From the NCBI GenBank assembly GCA_965279375.1, contig OZ257156.1, forward strand, positions 288,001 to 352,000: DNA of 64,000 bases, given 5' to 3'. Position 1 is the stretch's first letter. Every line of letters begins with the position of its first letter. Source of the stretch: Gemmatimonas sp. (GTDB lineage: Bacteria > Gemmatimonadota > Gemmatimonadetes > Gemmatimonadales > Gemmatimonadaceae). The notes beneath the pieces are model-generated. The model saw nothing but the letters and a program-made list of their open reading frames with translations, was not told where the DNA came from and did not search any database. Below are positions 10,486-20,208 of the stretch, piece by piece. The position numbers and the translations under genes are program-made.

Positions 10486-13146
10486 TTAGATCGGTGCCTC
10501 GAAGTACAGATCGGTGCGCCATCCCTTGTTCGGATAGAGACCGCGCGCGAAGTCGAGACGGAACAGACCGTCGAGGAAACCGAAGCCAAATCCGGCGCCA
10601 CGCTGCGGTTGCGTCTTGCCGATCGCGTCACGATTGCCGGCCCAGCCCACGTCGAAGAAGCCGACGGGGCGGAACCACGGCGTCTTCGTGCCGATCTCCG
10701 CACGGGTCAACCAGAATGCGTTGCCATCCTGCGTACCGGGAATCTGTCCGCGCACCGTGCGCAGTCCGCCGACATACCACCGGCGCTGGAAGGGAACGCG
10801 TCCGGCCGAGCTGCCGAGGCTACCCGTGAGTGCGGTTGCGAATCGGCCGATCGGGCGCGTCGCCGTGCCCTCGAACGATGCACGCGCGTACTCGAACGTG
10901 CCCGTTCCCGCTTCGACGCGCGTCGAGGTCGTGAGTCGTAAGCGGCGCGGATCGGTACCGAACGCGCGCATATAGTTCGCCGACACACCGGTGATATTGG
11001 CCTTCTCCGAGGGGAAATTCTGACGGAAGCGCCTCTCGCCACCAAAGACGCGCGCGAACGAGAAGGTGTTCACGACATCCGAGTCGCCGGCGGTATACGA
11101 CCGCTCGACGAACAGGCGGTATTCCAGCGAACCGCGACGCATCTCGCGCTTCTCGCCCAGCTCCGCACCAAAGGCGCGATAGTAGAAGCCTTCATCACGG
11201 CCGAAGAGCAGCGCGGGCAACGACGGCCCCAATGTGAGCGCACCCGCCCACTCGGGATTCATGGCATTGAGCCGATGGTAGGCCGTTGCCGTCACCGTGC
11301 GTGCACCGTTGGAGCGCGCGACGGAAAACTCGCCGTTCAGGTGCCGATCGACATGTCCGATGCGACCGAGCGCGCTGAGCGTGTAGCCCGCCCCGAGGCT
11401 CTGTGTGACGGAGGCACCAAGCGAGAGCCCTTCGATGCGGTTGTAGCGCCAGAGATCGGCGCCCGTGTGGAACTTGGGCATCTGCGGCGCGAAGCCCGGC
11501 TGCAGCGAGAGGTCGAGCGCGCCAAGCAGTTCGTCGCGACTCTTCACATCGAACAGCTCTTCGTCAGGCGCGTAGGCCGGCGGCAACGCCGAGGATCTCG
11601 CCAGCTTGCCTCGCTCACAGGGCATTTCGTACGCGACGCGGAGTGCACCTTCATATCGCGTCTCGACGCGGGTGTAGACCGAGTCCTTCGCACACTGCGC
11701 ACGCTGCGCGCCGTTGAGTCCCCTGATGAACGTGGAGTCACGCCGGGCGAGCGAGGCGCTGTCGGTTTTTTCGCTGCCGCCAACGCCAACCGTTACCGAC
11801 TTCCGCGATTCCTCCGACGCGGGCAACGAATCGGATCGCACGCTGTCGCGGGGCGCCGGCCGGGCGGGCAACGCGGCCAGGCTGAAATCTCCGTTCACGT
11901 CTTCGTATGTGAACTTTTCATCGATCTGGATGGGCACGCGCATGAAGCCCATCTGGGCCGATGCAGTCGCACTGTTCTGCCTCGGCAACCAGAACTTGCC
12001 TCCGTACAGGCCATACTCCACCGAGATCGCGTCCAGCTTGGCCTTGGCAGGGCGGAAAGTCGCCTTCACCCACGCCGGTGGCTCATCGTCGCTGTTGGAG
12101 CCGGAGGCAGCACGTCGCGCGCGCTGCGTCGAGTCCTTCACGTACGTCTCTCGCGGCAGGTTGGCTCGCGCCAGCGAGTCGCGCACAACAGCGATGTCCT
12201 TGTTTTCGAGGGCATCGCGCTCGATCTCCTCGCTGGCGATGTCCCAAATGTCGATGTCCACGGCCAGTCGATATGCCGCACGGACCAGCTGTCCGCCGTC
12301 GCGATCGAACCAGAACGAGCCGACAAAGGTGCGCCAGCTCGGCGTGCGCGCAGTGATCTTGAGCTCACGCAGCTTGATGACGCGGCCACCGTCCAACTTG
12401 ATGTCGATCGAGTCGCCCGTGACGTAGCGATAGTAGGCTTCGGCACCACGAGCGATCGGATGAATCATCTCGCGTTCGTCGATGTCGGTCTTGGCTACGC
12501 CGAAGTTCGACGACGGAAACCAGAGCGACTCGCGCCCGGGGAAGTACGGAATGGACACGGCCTCCACCATGTCGCCGTCCACCTTGCTGGCCATCGGAAC
12601 GGTCATGCGCGATCCGATCGGCGTCACCCACACGCCTACGCCGCGCTTCCACGCGATCTTAGCCACGTTCTCACCGCGAAACAGCAGCTTTTCCATGCCG
12701 ACGCGGCGCACACCCAGCCCCACCGAGAAGCGATCTGTGGTCGTCGCGCGATACGCCGTCAGCGCACTGTCCTGCCGAATCCGAGCTTCGCGCGCCTTCT
12801 CGAGAATCGCCCGGGCCTCCGGGCTCCCGAATGCGGTCGTCGCTGCGGCCTCGGCTCGCACGCGTCGCGCGGTGCTGTCACCGCCCTGCCGTCGCCGCAC
12901 AATCGCCTGCGCATCTCGTCGCGATTGCCGCAGCGACTCACGTTCGGCGGAGGTCAGCGTGTCCGGCGGCGGAGCCTTTTGCGCGGCCGGCTGCCCTTTC
13001 GTCGCGGGGGCCTTGGGAGGCTGCTGCGCCGAGAGCGCAGGGAACGCGGAGAATGGCGCAGCGCCAAGCAGCAGAGCGATGAGACGAGAGGAGAGCGGCA
13101 CTGGGTGTGGCCTGAGGAATCGGGGCGTTCGGTTCGGACGTCGCAC
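10486..13146 (-). CDS. Outer-membrane protein with Omp85/BamA-like C-terminal barrel
   Basis: Signal peptide; RYNRIEG; GGLRTVRG (VRG loop-6-like motif); FFDVGWA, amphipathic C-terminal strands; start uncertain. Confidence 0.7.
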   Translation of the reverse strand: MRRPNRTPRFLRPHPVPLSSRLIALLLGAAPFSAFPALSAQQPPKAPATKGQPAAQKAPPPDTLTSAERESLRQSRRDAQAIVRRRQGGDSTARRVRAEAAATTAFGSPEARAILEKAREARIRQDSALTAYRATTTDRFSVGLGVRRVGMEKLLFRGENVAKIAWKRGVGVWVTPIGSRMTVPMASKVDGDMVEAVSIPYFPGRESLWFPSSNFGVAKTDIDEREMIHPIARGAEAYYRYVTGDSIDIKLDGGRVIKLRELKITARTPSWRTFVGSFWFDRDGGQLVRAAYRLAVDIDIWDIASEEIERDALENKDIAVVRDSLARANLPRETYVKDSTQRARRAASGSNSDDEPPAWVKATFRPAKAKLDAISVEYGLYGGKFWLPRQNSATASAQMGFMRVPIQIDEKFTYEDVNGDFSLAALPARPAPRDSVRSDSLPASEESRKSVTVGVGGSEKTDSASLARRDSTFIRGLNGAQRAQCAKDSVYTRVETRYEGALRVAYEMPCERGKLARSSALPPAYAPDEELFDVKSRDELLGALDLSLQPGFAPQMPKFHTGADLWRYNRIEGLSLGASVTQSLGAGYTLSALGRIGHVDRHLNGEFSVARSNGARTVTATAYHRLNAMNPEWAGALTLGPSLPALLFGRDEGFYYRAFGAELGEKREMRRGSLEYRLFVERSYTAGDSDVVNTFSFARVFGGERRFRQNFPSEKANITGVSANYMRAFGTDPRRLRLTTSTRVEAGTGTFEYARASFEGTATRPIGRFATALTGSLGSSAGRVPFQRRWYVGGLRTVRGQIPGTQDGNAFWLTRAEIGTKTPWFRPVGFFDVGWAGNRDAIGKTQPQRGAGFGFGFLDGLFRLDFARGLYPNKGWRTDLYFEAPI

Positions 13147-13251
13147 CGTACGGGAGCCTCGGACTGACGGTTTCCTGCTGGACGAGACGCACCCGCAGCA
13201 TAACTTCGCGAGGTCGCTCGCACCGCACTTGCCACCCTACATCCCAGCCCG

Positions 13252-14955
13252 ATGAGACGCTCCGACCTTTCCACCCTCGTCGCCAGCGCCGTGTTCCTCG
13301 CGGCCGCCGGCGCCGCGCCGCTCCGCGCTCAAACGCCTGCCGCACCCGCGGCTGCCCCGGCCGCGGTCGACCCGCGGTTGGCCAAGCTGAAGGAAGAAGC
13401 CGGCAAGATGGTCGAAGCCCGCTCGAAGCAGGTGCAGGAGATCGTCGACATGCTGTTCTCGTTCCAGGAACTCGGCTTCCAGGAATTCGAGTCGCAGAAG
13501 TACCTGACGAATCTGCTCGAGAAGGAAGGGTTCAAGGTCGAGCGTGGCGTCGCCGGCATTCCAACCGCATGGACGGCGCGCTGGAGCCAGGGGTCGGGAA
13601 AGCCGGAGATTTCGCTCGGCTCCGACGTGGACGGTATCCCGCAGGCGAGCAACAAGCCGGGCGTGGGCTACAAGGACCCGATGATCACCGGTGGACCCGG
13701 TCAGGGTGAAGGCCACAACTCCGGTCAGGCGGTCAACATCGTCGCCGCGATCGTGGTCAAGCAGTTGATGACGCGCGACAAGATTCCCGGCACGATTCTG
13801 CTGTGGCCCGGTATCGCCGAAGAACAGATGGCCGGCAAGGCGTTCCTCGTGCGCGACGGCATCTTCAAGAACACCGACGTCACCCTCTTCACGCACGTCG
13901 GCAACGACCTCGGCGTGTCGTGGGGCGCGAGCGGGTCCAGCGCGCTCATCTCGGCCGAGTTCAAGTTCATGGGCTCGAGCGCACACGCAGCCGGCGCACC
14001 GTGGCGCGGCCAGAGCGCACTCGATGCGGCGATGCTCATGGGTCAGGGGTGGGAATACCGCCGAGAGCATGTGCGGCTGCAGCAGCGCTCGCACTACGTC
14101 ATCAAGGATGGCGGCGACCAGCCCAACGTCGTCCCCAGCACGGCGAGCATCTGGTTCTACTTCCGCGAGCAGGACTATCCGCGCACGATGGCGTTGTTCG
14201 AGATGGGCAAGCGCGTGGCGGAAGGCGCCGCGATGATGACCGACACCAAGCTCGATACGGTCCGCATTCTCGGCTCGGGATGGAGCGGACACTTCAGCAA
14301 GCCCATCGCCGAGGCGATGCACGCCAACATTCAGACGGTTGGCATGCCGGTATGGGATGACAAGGACCAGACGCTAGCTAAGGGAATTCAGAAGGAACTC
14401 GGCTCGCCGGACTTCGGTCTGGAGATGCAAGTGAACAAGCAGTTGCGTGGCGCAGAGACGCCGCAGAACTGGATGGGTGGCGGCTCTGACGACATCGGTG
14501 ACGTGTCGTGGAACGTCCCCACGGTAACGCTGCGCTTCCCGTCCAACATTCCGGGCTTGCCGGGCCACAACTGGGCCAACGCCATTTCGATGGCGACGCC
14601 GATCGCGCACAAGGGCGCCCTGGCTGGTGCGAAAGTGCAGGCGATGACGATGCTCGACATCTTCCTGACGCCCAAGGTCGTGGCCGATGCCTGGACCTAC
14701 TTCAAGGACGTCCAGACGAAGGATGTGAAGTACAAGCCCTTCATCGGCCCGAACGACAAGCCGCCCATCGAGCTCAACGCCGAGATCATGGCGCGCTTCC
14801 GCGACCAGCAGAAGAAGTTCTACTACGACCCGACCAAGTTCAAAACGTATCTCGAGCAGTTGGGGATCACGTACCCGACGGTGCGACCGATCGAAGCGAA
14901 GCCCAAGGGTGACGACGCCGCTGCGTCAGCCGCCGGCAACAAGCCCAAGCAGTAG
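13252..14955 (+). CDS. M20-family amidohydrolase (AbgB-like), exported
   Basis: ELGFQEF, GEGHN, IAEEQ, SSAHAAGAPW.G.SALDA, GGDQPNVVP, GSDDIGDVSW. Confidence 0.9.
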   Translation: MRRSDLSTLVASAVFLAAAGAAPLRAQTPAAPAAAPAAVDPRLAKLKEEAGKMVEARSKQVQEIVDMLFSFQELGFQEFESQKYLTNLLEKEGFKVERGVAGIPTAWTARWSQGSGKPEISLGSDVDGIPQASNKPGVGYKDPMITGGPGQGEGHNSGQAVNIVAAIVVKQLMTRDKIPGTILLWPGIAEEQMAGKAFLVRDGIFKNTDVTLFTHVGNDLGVSWGASGSSALISAEFKFMGSSAHAAGAPWRGQSALDAAMLMGQGWEYRREHVRLQQRSHYVIKDGGDQPNVVPSTASIWFYFREQDYPRTMALFEMGKRVAEGAAMMTDTKLDTVRILGSGWSGHFSKPIAEAMHANIQTVGMPVWDDKDQTLAKGIQKELGSPDFGLEMQVNKQLRGAETPQNWMGGGSDDIGDVSWNVPTVTLRFPSNIPGLPGHNWANAISMATPIAHKGALAGAKVQAMTMLDIFLTPKVVADAWTYFKDVQTKDVKYKPFIGPNDKPPIELNAEIMARFRDQQKKFYYDPTKFKTYLEQLGITYPTVRPIEAKPKGDDAAASAAGNKPKQ

Positions 14956-14990
14956 CACTCGCAGTCGCTGTACGATGCGCGGTGGGGTGC

Positions 14991-15371
14991 TCAGCGCCCC
15001 ACCGCAGCCCATCCGCTGCGCAGGCCGTCCTGAAATCCGCGCAACGCCTCACCATGTGAAAGCTCGTTGGCATAGAAGAGGCCGGCGGCGAATCCAACGA
15101 CAACCAGCAGCACGCTGATGGCTCGTCCGCCGTAACGCCGGGCCCACATCGGCTTGGGCGCGCGCACACCGGGCCGCGCAAATGGCGGCACCGACGAGGC
15201 AACGCCACCCATCTGCGCGCTGGTCATGGCGACACCCGCCGGCGGAGTCGTCCGGTTGAAGAGTGCCGCCAGTTTCGCGTTCTCATTCTGCATCCGCGCG
15301 AGTTCCTGTCGCAGACGCTGAATCTCGCCGTCTTCAAACTGCGGGTTGTGTCGTTTGGGATCGTATCGCAT
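14991..15371 (-). CDS. Small membrane-anchored hypothetical protein
   Basis: GAGAG SD; short coiled coil and C-terminal TM segment. Confidence 0.6.
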   Translation of the reverse strand: MRYDPKRHNPQFEDGEIQRLRQELARMQNENAKLAALFNRTTPPAGVAMTSAQMGGVASSVPPFARPGVRAPKPMWARRYGGRAISVLLVVVGFAAGLFYANELSHGEALRGFQDGLRSGWAAVGR

Positions 15372-15609
15372 GGCGCTCTCTGATGCGAAGGCCGCCGCTC
15401 GGTCGGTTCCGGCGCGCTGAACTATCGCGCGGAGGGACGAGCGTGCGCCAGTCGCGCACCGTCACTCTTCCATCTCGTCGGTGACGCAGGCGACACTCCG
15501 AGGTACGCATGCAGCAATTTCGCAGCATGGACGCCGCCGCACCGCGCGGTATGTTCCGCTAGGCCGCTCCACCCGTCGCTCCCTGCGACCTGCGTTCGCC
15601 CACCCGACG

Positions 15610-16485
15610 ATGACCGACCTGCCCATCTCCGATCCCGCGCGCCGTCCTCGAGATGACGAAATCGAGGTGTACGGGCTGACGCACCAAGGACTCGTGCGCC
15701 AGAACAATCAGGATCACTTTCTCGTCTCGAGCATTCATCGGCACGTGGATGTGCTGCAGACGAGTTTGTCGGATCAGGGCAAACTGCTGCTGCGCGACGA
15801 GCGACTCGCATTTCTCGCGATGGTCGCCGACGGAGTAGGTGGACTGGCCGGCGGCGAAAAGGCGAGCGCGACGGCGCTGGAGATCGCGATGCAGTACGTC
15901 ACCGGCAGCATGCGGTGCTACGACCGCGCGGAAGCCGCGGACGCCAATTTCGTGGAGCAATTGCAGGAAGCGGCGATGCAAAGTCACGCGGCCGTCGTCG
16001 AGCGCGCGCGCACGGAAGGCGATGGCAAGGCCATGGCCACGACACTTACGATGTTCCTTGGCGTGTGGCCGTGGTACTACCTGCTGCAGGTTGGCGACTC
16101 GCGTTATTACCACTACCGCGATGGTCTGCTCACGCAGGTGACGCGCGACCAGACGCTCGCGCAGGACCTCGTCGACCAGGGCGTCTTCACGCGCGCGGTC
16201 GCGGCGCGTTCGCAGTTTTCCAACGTGCTCTCCAGCGCACTGGGTGGTGAAACGGCGACGCCGGTCGTGACGCGCCTGCGCGCCGATTGGCGCAACGTGC
16301 ATCTGCTCTGCAGCGACGGGCTCACCAAACACGTCTCGGACGAACGTATCGCGGAGCGCCTGGCTGCGATGACGTCTGCGCGCGAGGTATGTGAACAGCT
16401 CCTGCAGGATGCGCTGGACGGCGGCGGCACGGACAACGTGACCATCATCGTGGGACGCGCAATGCCACGTGAGCTGCCCGCGTAG
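15610..16485 (+). CDS. PP2C-family Ser/Thr phosphatase
   Basis: RQNNQD, VADGVGG, VGDSR, LLCSDGL, GGTDNVT. Confidence 0.93.
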   Translation: MTDLPISDPARRPRDDEIEVYGLTHQGLVRQNNQDHFLVSSIHRHVDVLQTSLSDQGKLLLRDERLAFLAMVADGVGGLAGGEKASATALEIAMQYVTGSMRCYDRAEAADANFVEQLQEAAMQSHAAVVERARTEGDGKAMATTLTMFLGVWPWYYLLQVGDSRYYHYRDGLLTQVTRDQTLAQDLVDQGVFTRAVAARSQFSNVLSSALGGETATPVVTRLRADWRNVHLLCSDGLTKHVSDERIAERLAAMTSAREVCEQLLQDALDGGGTDNVTIIVGRAMPRELPA

Positions 16486-16494
16486 CCTGTCGGC

Positions 16495-17496
16495 ATGATC
16501 TTCCCGCTCCTCCTCGTCGTGCTGCTCCTCACCGCGTGTGGTGGAGGCGCTGCGCCAACTGCGGCACCGCCGACGACACCACCGATCACGCCGCCCACTC
16601 CTGCGCCGGTGACGTACGTCCCCGGGCAATCGTACTTCGGGCGCAACAACTACATCGAGTACATCGCCGGTAACGCGCCCGTCATTCTCACGGCGCCGCA
16701 TGGGGGAGCGCTCACACCAAGCTCCATTCCCGACCGCACGGCAGCAACCTGCGGCGGATCGGCCACCACCGTCACCGACGCGAACACGGCCGATCTCGTT
16801 CGCGTCATGCAGCAGCGCTTCTTTGCGCGCTTCGGCACCTATCCGCACGTCGTCATCTCCAACTTGGCGCGACGCAAGCTGGATCCTAACCGCCTGTCGC
16901 CGGAGGCCGCGTGCGGCAACGCAGAGGCGACCGCCGCGCTCAACGAATGGCACGCGTTCATCGATGTGGCCAAGAGCGCCGTGCTACAGGCCAGCGGCAA
17001 GGGTTGGTACATGGACATGCACGGACACGGCCACGCAGTGCAGCGGTTGGAGCTTGGCTATCTCCTCGCCGACAGCGATCTCAATCTCACCGACGCCGCG
17101 CTCGATGCCGCAGTGAGCTACGAAAACACGTCGAGCATTCGCACACTCTCGCAGTTCTCGCCGCTCTCGTTCGCCACCTTGCTGCGTGGCCCCAACAGTC
17201 TGGGCTCGCTCTACGCCAACAACGGCTTCCCGGCGATTCCCAGCGCGACCGATCCGCGTCCCAGCGGCGCTGACTACTTCAACGGCGGTGACAACACCGC
17301 GCGCCACAGTTGCGGCGCGGGCGCATCGGCACTCGGCGGCGTCACCAACGGCAGCATCTGCGGCGTGCAGATCGAGGCCAACTTTACCGGCGTGCGCGAT
17401 AGCGCGGCGAGTCGCGAACGTTTCGCCGATGTGACGGCGCGCGTGCTCGAGGAATACCTGCGTGTGCATTGGGGACTTCGGCTCGCGCCACCGTAA
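16495..17496 (+). CDS. Lipoprotein, N-formylglutamate amidohydrolase-like
   Basis: Lipobox LTAC; APHGG, RRKLDPNR, DMHGH, GVQIE. Confidence 0.75.
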   Translation: MIFPLLLVVLLLTACGGGAAPTAAPPTTPPITPPTPAPVTYVPGQSYFGRNNYIEYIAGNAPVILTAPHGGALTPSSIPDRTAATCGGSATTVTDANTADLVRVMQQRFFARFGTYPHVVISNLARRKLDPNRLSPEAACGNAEATAALNEWHAFIDVAKSAVLQASGKGWYMDMHGHGHAVQRLELGYLLADSDLNLTDAALDAAVSYENTSSIRTLSQFSPLSFATLLRGPNSLGSLYANNGFPAIPSATDPRPSGADYFNGGDNTARHSCGAGASALGGVTNGSICGVQIEANFTGVRDSAASRERFADVTARVLEEYLRVHWGLRLAPP

Positions 17497-17653
17497 GCGC
17501 GAGCTGTAGGTACGGCCGAATTCGCGCGCCGCGGGCACTCCTCCGCGCGCCGATTGCCGCTCCCGAAGACCCAATCTTCCCGTAGCTTACGGAATAGCAG
17601 CCGTCTTCTGCACGCGTACGCACTCGCGCGCGCTCACTTCCTGCACCTGACAC

Positions 17654-19105
17654 ATGTCGCACACCGGCGATCTCTCCCCCGACGAGTTCCGCGCAGCCGC
17701 ACATGCCGCGGTGGACTGGATCGCGGACTATCTCGAGCATCCTGAGCGTCATCCGGTCAAGAGCCGAGTGAAACCGGGAGAGATCCGCGCGGCGTTGCCG
17801 ACGTCAGCGCCGCAGGTGGGCGAGCCGTTGGCCGATATGCTGCGCGATGTGCAGCAGACGCTCCTCCCCGGGATCACCAACTGGAATCATCCCGCATTCT
17901 TCGCGTACTTCGCGAACTCCGGATCCTATCCCGGCATCCTCGGTGAATTGCTGACGGCCGCGCTCAACGCCAACGGGATGCTGTGGGTGACAAGTCCGGC
18001 GGTGACGGAGCTCGAACAGGTCACGCTCGAATGGCTGCGACAGCTCATGGGGCTTGGCGACGGCTGGTTTGGCGAGATCACCGATACCGCATCGGTCTCG
18101 ACGTTCTACGCGATCGCGGCGGCGCGTGAGGTCGCGGGCTTTGGTGTGCGCGAACTTGGCATGGCCGGTCGCGCTGACATGCCCGTACTGCGTGTCTACT
18201 GCTCCGAGCACGCGCACTCCTCGATCGACAAGACCATCATCGCGCTCGGACTTGGTCACGAGAATCTCGTGAAGATTCCGAGCGATGCCGATTTCCGCAT
18301 GCCGCCTGACGCGCTGGAGGCGGCCATCACTGCGGATATCGCCGCGGGCTACCGCCCGATCGCCGTGATGGCCACCGTGGGCACCACAAGCACCACCAGC
18401 ATCGATCCGGTGCCACCCATCGTCGCCATCGCACGGCGTTACAACTGCTGGGTGCACGTGGACGCCGCGTATGCCGGCGTGGCGGCCATCGTTCCCGAGA
18501 TGCGGTATCTCATGGATGGTGTCGACGGCGCGGATTCCCTCGTGGTCAATCCGCACAAGTGGCTCTTCACGCCGATGGACTGCTCGGTGCTCTACACCAA
18601 GCGACCCGCTGCGCTCAAGCAGGCGTTCGCCTTGCTCCCCGAGTATCTCATCACGCGTGGGCAGGATGACGTGGTAAACCTCATGGACTACGGCATTCAG
18701 CTGGGGCGCCGCTTTCGTTCGCTCAAGCTGTGGATGGTGCTGCGCGCCTATGGCGCCGACGGCATCGCCGAGCGCATTCGCCTGCACTGCGAACTCGCGC
18801 GCGATTTCGCCGGCATGGTGCACTACGAAGGCGGCTGGGAGCTCACGGCGCCTGTGCCGCTGTCTCTGGTTTGCTTTCGCTGTGCGCCGGCCGGTGCCGA
18901 CGAAGCACGCATCGCTGCGCTCAATGCGGAGATCATGGAGCGCGTGAATGCGCGCGGGCTGGCGTATCTGTCGCACACCAAGCTCAACGGGCGCTACACG
19001 CTGCGGCTGGCCATTGGAAACATCCGCACCGCGCGCGAGCATGTGGAACTGGCGTGGCAGGAGCTGCGGGATGCGGCGGCGGCTTCGTTGGCTGCGGAGG
19101 CCTAG
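17654..19105 (+). CDS. Group II PLP-dependent decarboxylase (aromatic-L-amino-acid decarboxylase-like)
   Basis: WNHPAFFAYF, SPAVTELE, HSSIDK, HVDAAYAG, NPHKW (PLP Lys), GRRFRSLKLW. Confidence 0.93.
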   Translation: MSHTGDLSPDEFRAAAHAAVDWIADYLEHPERHPVKSRVKPGEIRAALPTSAPQVGEPLADMLRDVQQTLLPGITNWNHPAFFAYFANSGSYPGILGELLTAALNANGMLWVTSPAVTELEQVTLEWLRQLMGLGDGWFGEITDTASVSTFYAIAAAREVAGFGVRELGMAGRADMPVLRVYCSEHAHSSIDKTIIALGLGHENLVKIPSDADFRMPPDALEAAITADIAAGYRPIAVMATVGTTSTTSIDPVPPIVAIARRYNCWVHVDAAYAGVAAIVPEMRYLMDGVDGADSLVVNPHKWLFTPMDCSVLYTKRPAALKQAFALLPEYLITRGQDDVVNLMDYGIQLGRRFRSLKLWMVLRAYGADGIAERIRLHCELARDFAGMVHYEGGWELTAPVPLSLVCFRCAPAGADEARIAALNAEIMERVNARGLAYLSHTKLNGRYTLRLAIGNIRTAREHVELAWQELRDAAAASLAAEA

Positions 19106-19108
19106 GCC

Positions 19109-19408
19109 GTGAGTCTCGAGGACTGGTACGCGCAATTCCGGACGATGTCCCGCGACATCTTTGACGGTGCCCCCGACGACGCTCGTCGCGCTCGCGACTT
19201 CTACCAGTCCATCGTCGGCCACGAAGCCATCGTACGCCTGACCGTTGCGCTCCGCCTCACGCGCACTGAAGGTGGGCAGGACTGGGCCCTCGAAGTGTCG
19301 GATCGCGATCGCGTGACCGAATTCCGCGACTATCTCGCGACGCTCCCGCCCGACTCCGACCTGCGCGAGCCGCTGCAGGAACTCATCGACGCATCGGTCG
19401 CTGACTAA
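19109..19408 (+). CDS. Hypothetical protein
   Basis: 99-aa ORF 3 bp after the decarboxylase, GGAGG SD, typical codon usage. Confidence 0.65.
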   Translation: MSLEDWYAQFRTMSRDIFDGAPDDARRARDFYQSIVGHEAIVRLTVALRLTRTEGGQDWALEVSDRDRVTEFRDYLATLPPDSDLREPLQELIDASVAD

Positions 19409-20148
19409 CTCTCCACTGCACTGCTTGCATCGGCCAACGCGCGCTTGGCTGCCGCATGCCGCTTGGCCGCTTTGCGCTCCGTGCGGCGACGATTCCAGCG
19501 CAGGAACGCCAACAGCAGCAAGCACACGATCAGCGCACCAATCAATTCGCCGGTGCGCCCAAGCTTACCCATCACCCGCACCGCGGCTTCCCCCGCTGCG
19601 TAGCCAATCAGCGTGAACAGCGCCGACCACAACGCCGACCCAATCAGCGTGGCCGGCAGGTAGATCGCCACGGGCACCCGCGCTGCGCCACACGCCAGCG
19701 GCAGCACCACGCGCAGTCCAAACGCAAAGCGCACGAAGAGCGACGCCGTGATGGGATTTCGCGCGACCACCCGCAACGCCACCGTCCCAGTCGCACGCAC
19801 CTTGGGCCACCGTCGGCGAATCGATTCCCACTTGAGGCGTCCAACCAGATACAGCAGGCTGGTCATCACCCAGCCGCCCAGCGTGATCGCCACGATCGCG
19901 CGCACGAGCTCCAGCTCGCCCTCGTTGGCGGCCATGCCGGCGAGAATGGGCGACAGCTCCTCGGTCACGATCACCGACAGCCCGAGCGCCCAGTAGGCGA
20001 ACGGGCTGTTCAGGAACTCCTGGAAAAACGCCCCCGCCGAGTACTCCGATAGACGCGTCGCCAGTGTGGCGACGGCGACAGCGGCGTGGATTCGGAGGAA
20101 TGACAACATGCGTGCGGCGGAGGGAAGCGAAACAGGGGCCCATGGCAT
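19405..20148 (-). CDS. DedA/VTT-family membrane protein
   Basis: LYLVGR, FVRFAFGLR...ACGA, W..LFTLIGY; start uncertain. Confidence 0.85.
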   Translation of the reverse strand: MPWAPVSLPSAARMLSFLRIHAAVAVATLATRLSEYSAGAFFQEFLNSPFAYWALGLSVIVTEELSPILAGMAANEGELELVRAIVAITLGGWVMTSLLYLVGRLKWESIRRRWPKVRATGTVALRVVARNPITASLFVRFAFGLRVVLPLACGAARVPVAIYLPATLIGSALWSALFTLIGYAAGEAAVRVMGKLGRTGELIGALIVCLLLLAFLRWNRRRTERKAAKRHAAAKRALADASSAVES

Positions 20149-20208
20149 GAATGCCGTGGGCCCCCGTCCAGTGTCAGGCAGGACAGCCTGACGTCAATCT
20201 ACCGGGAA

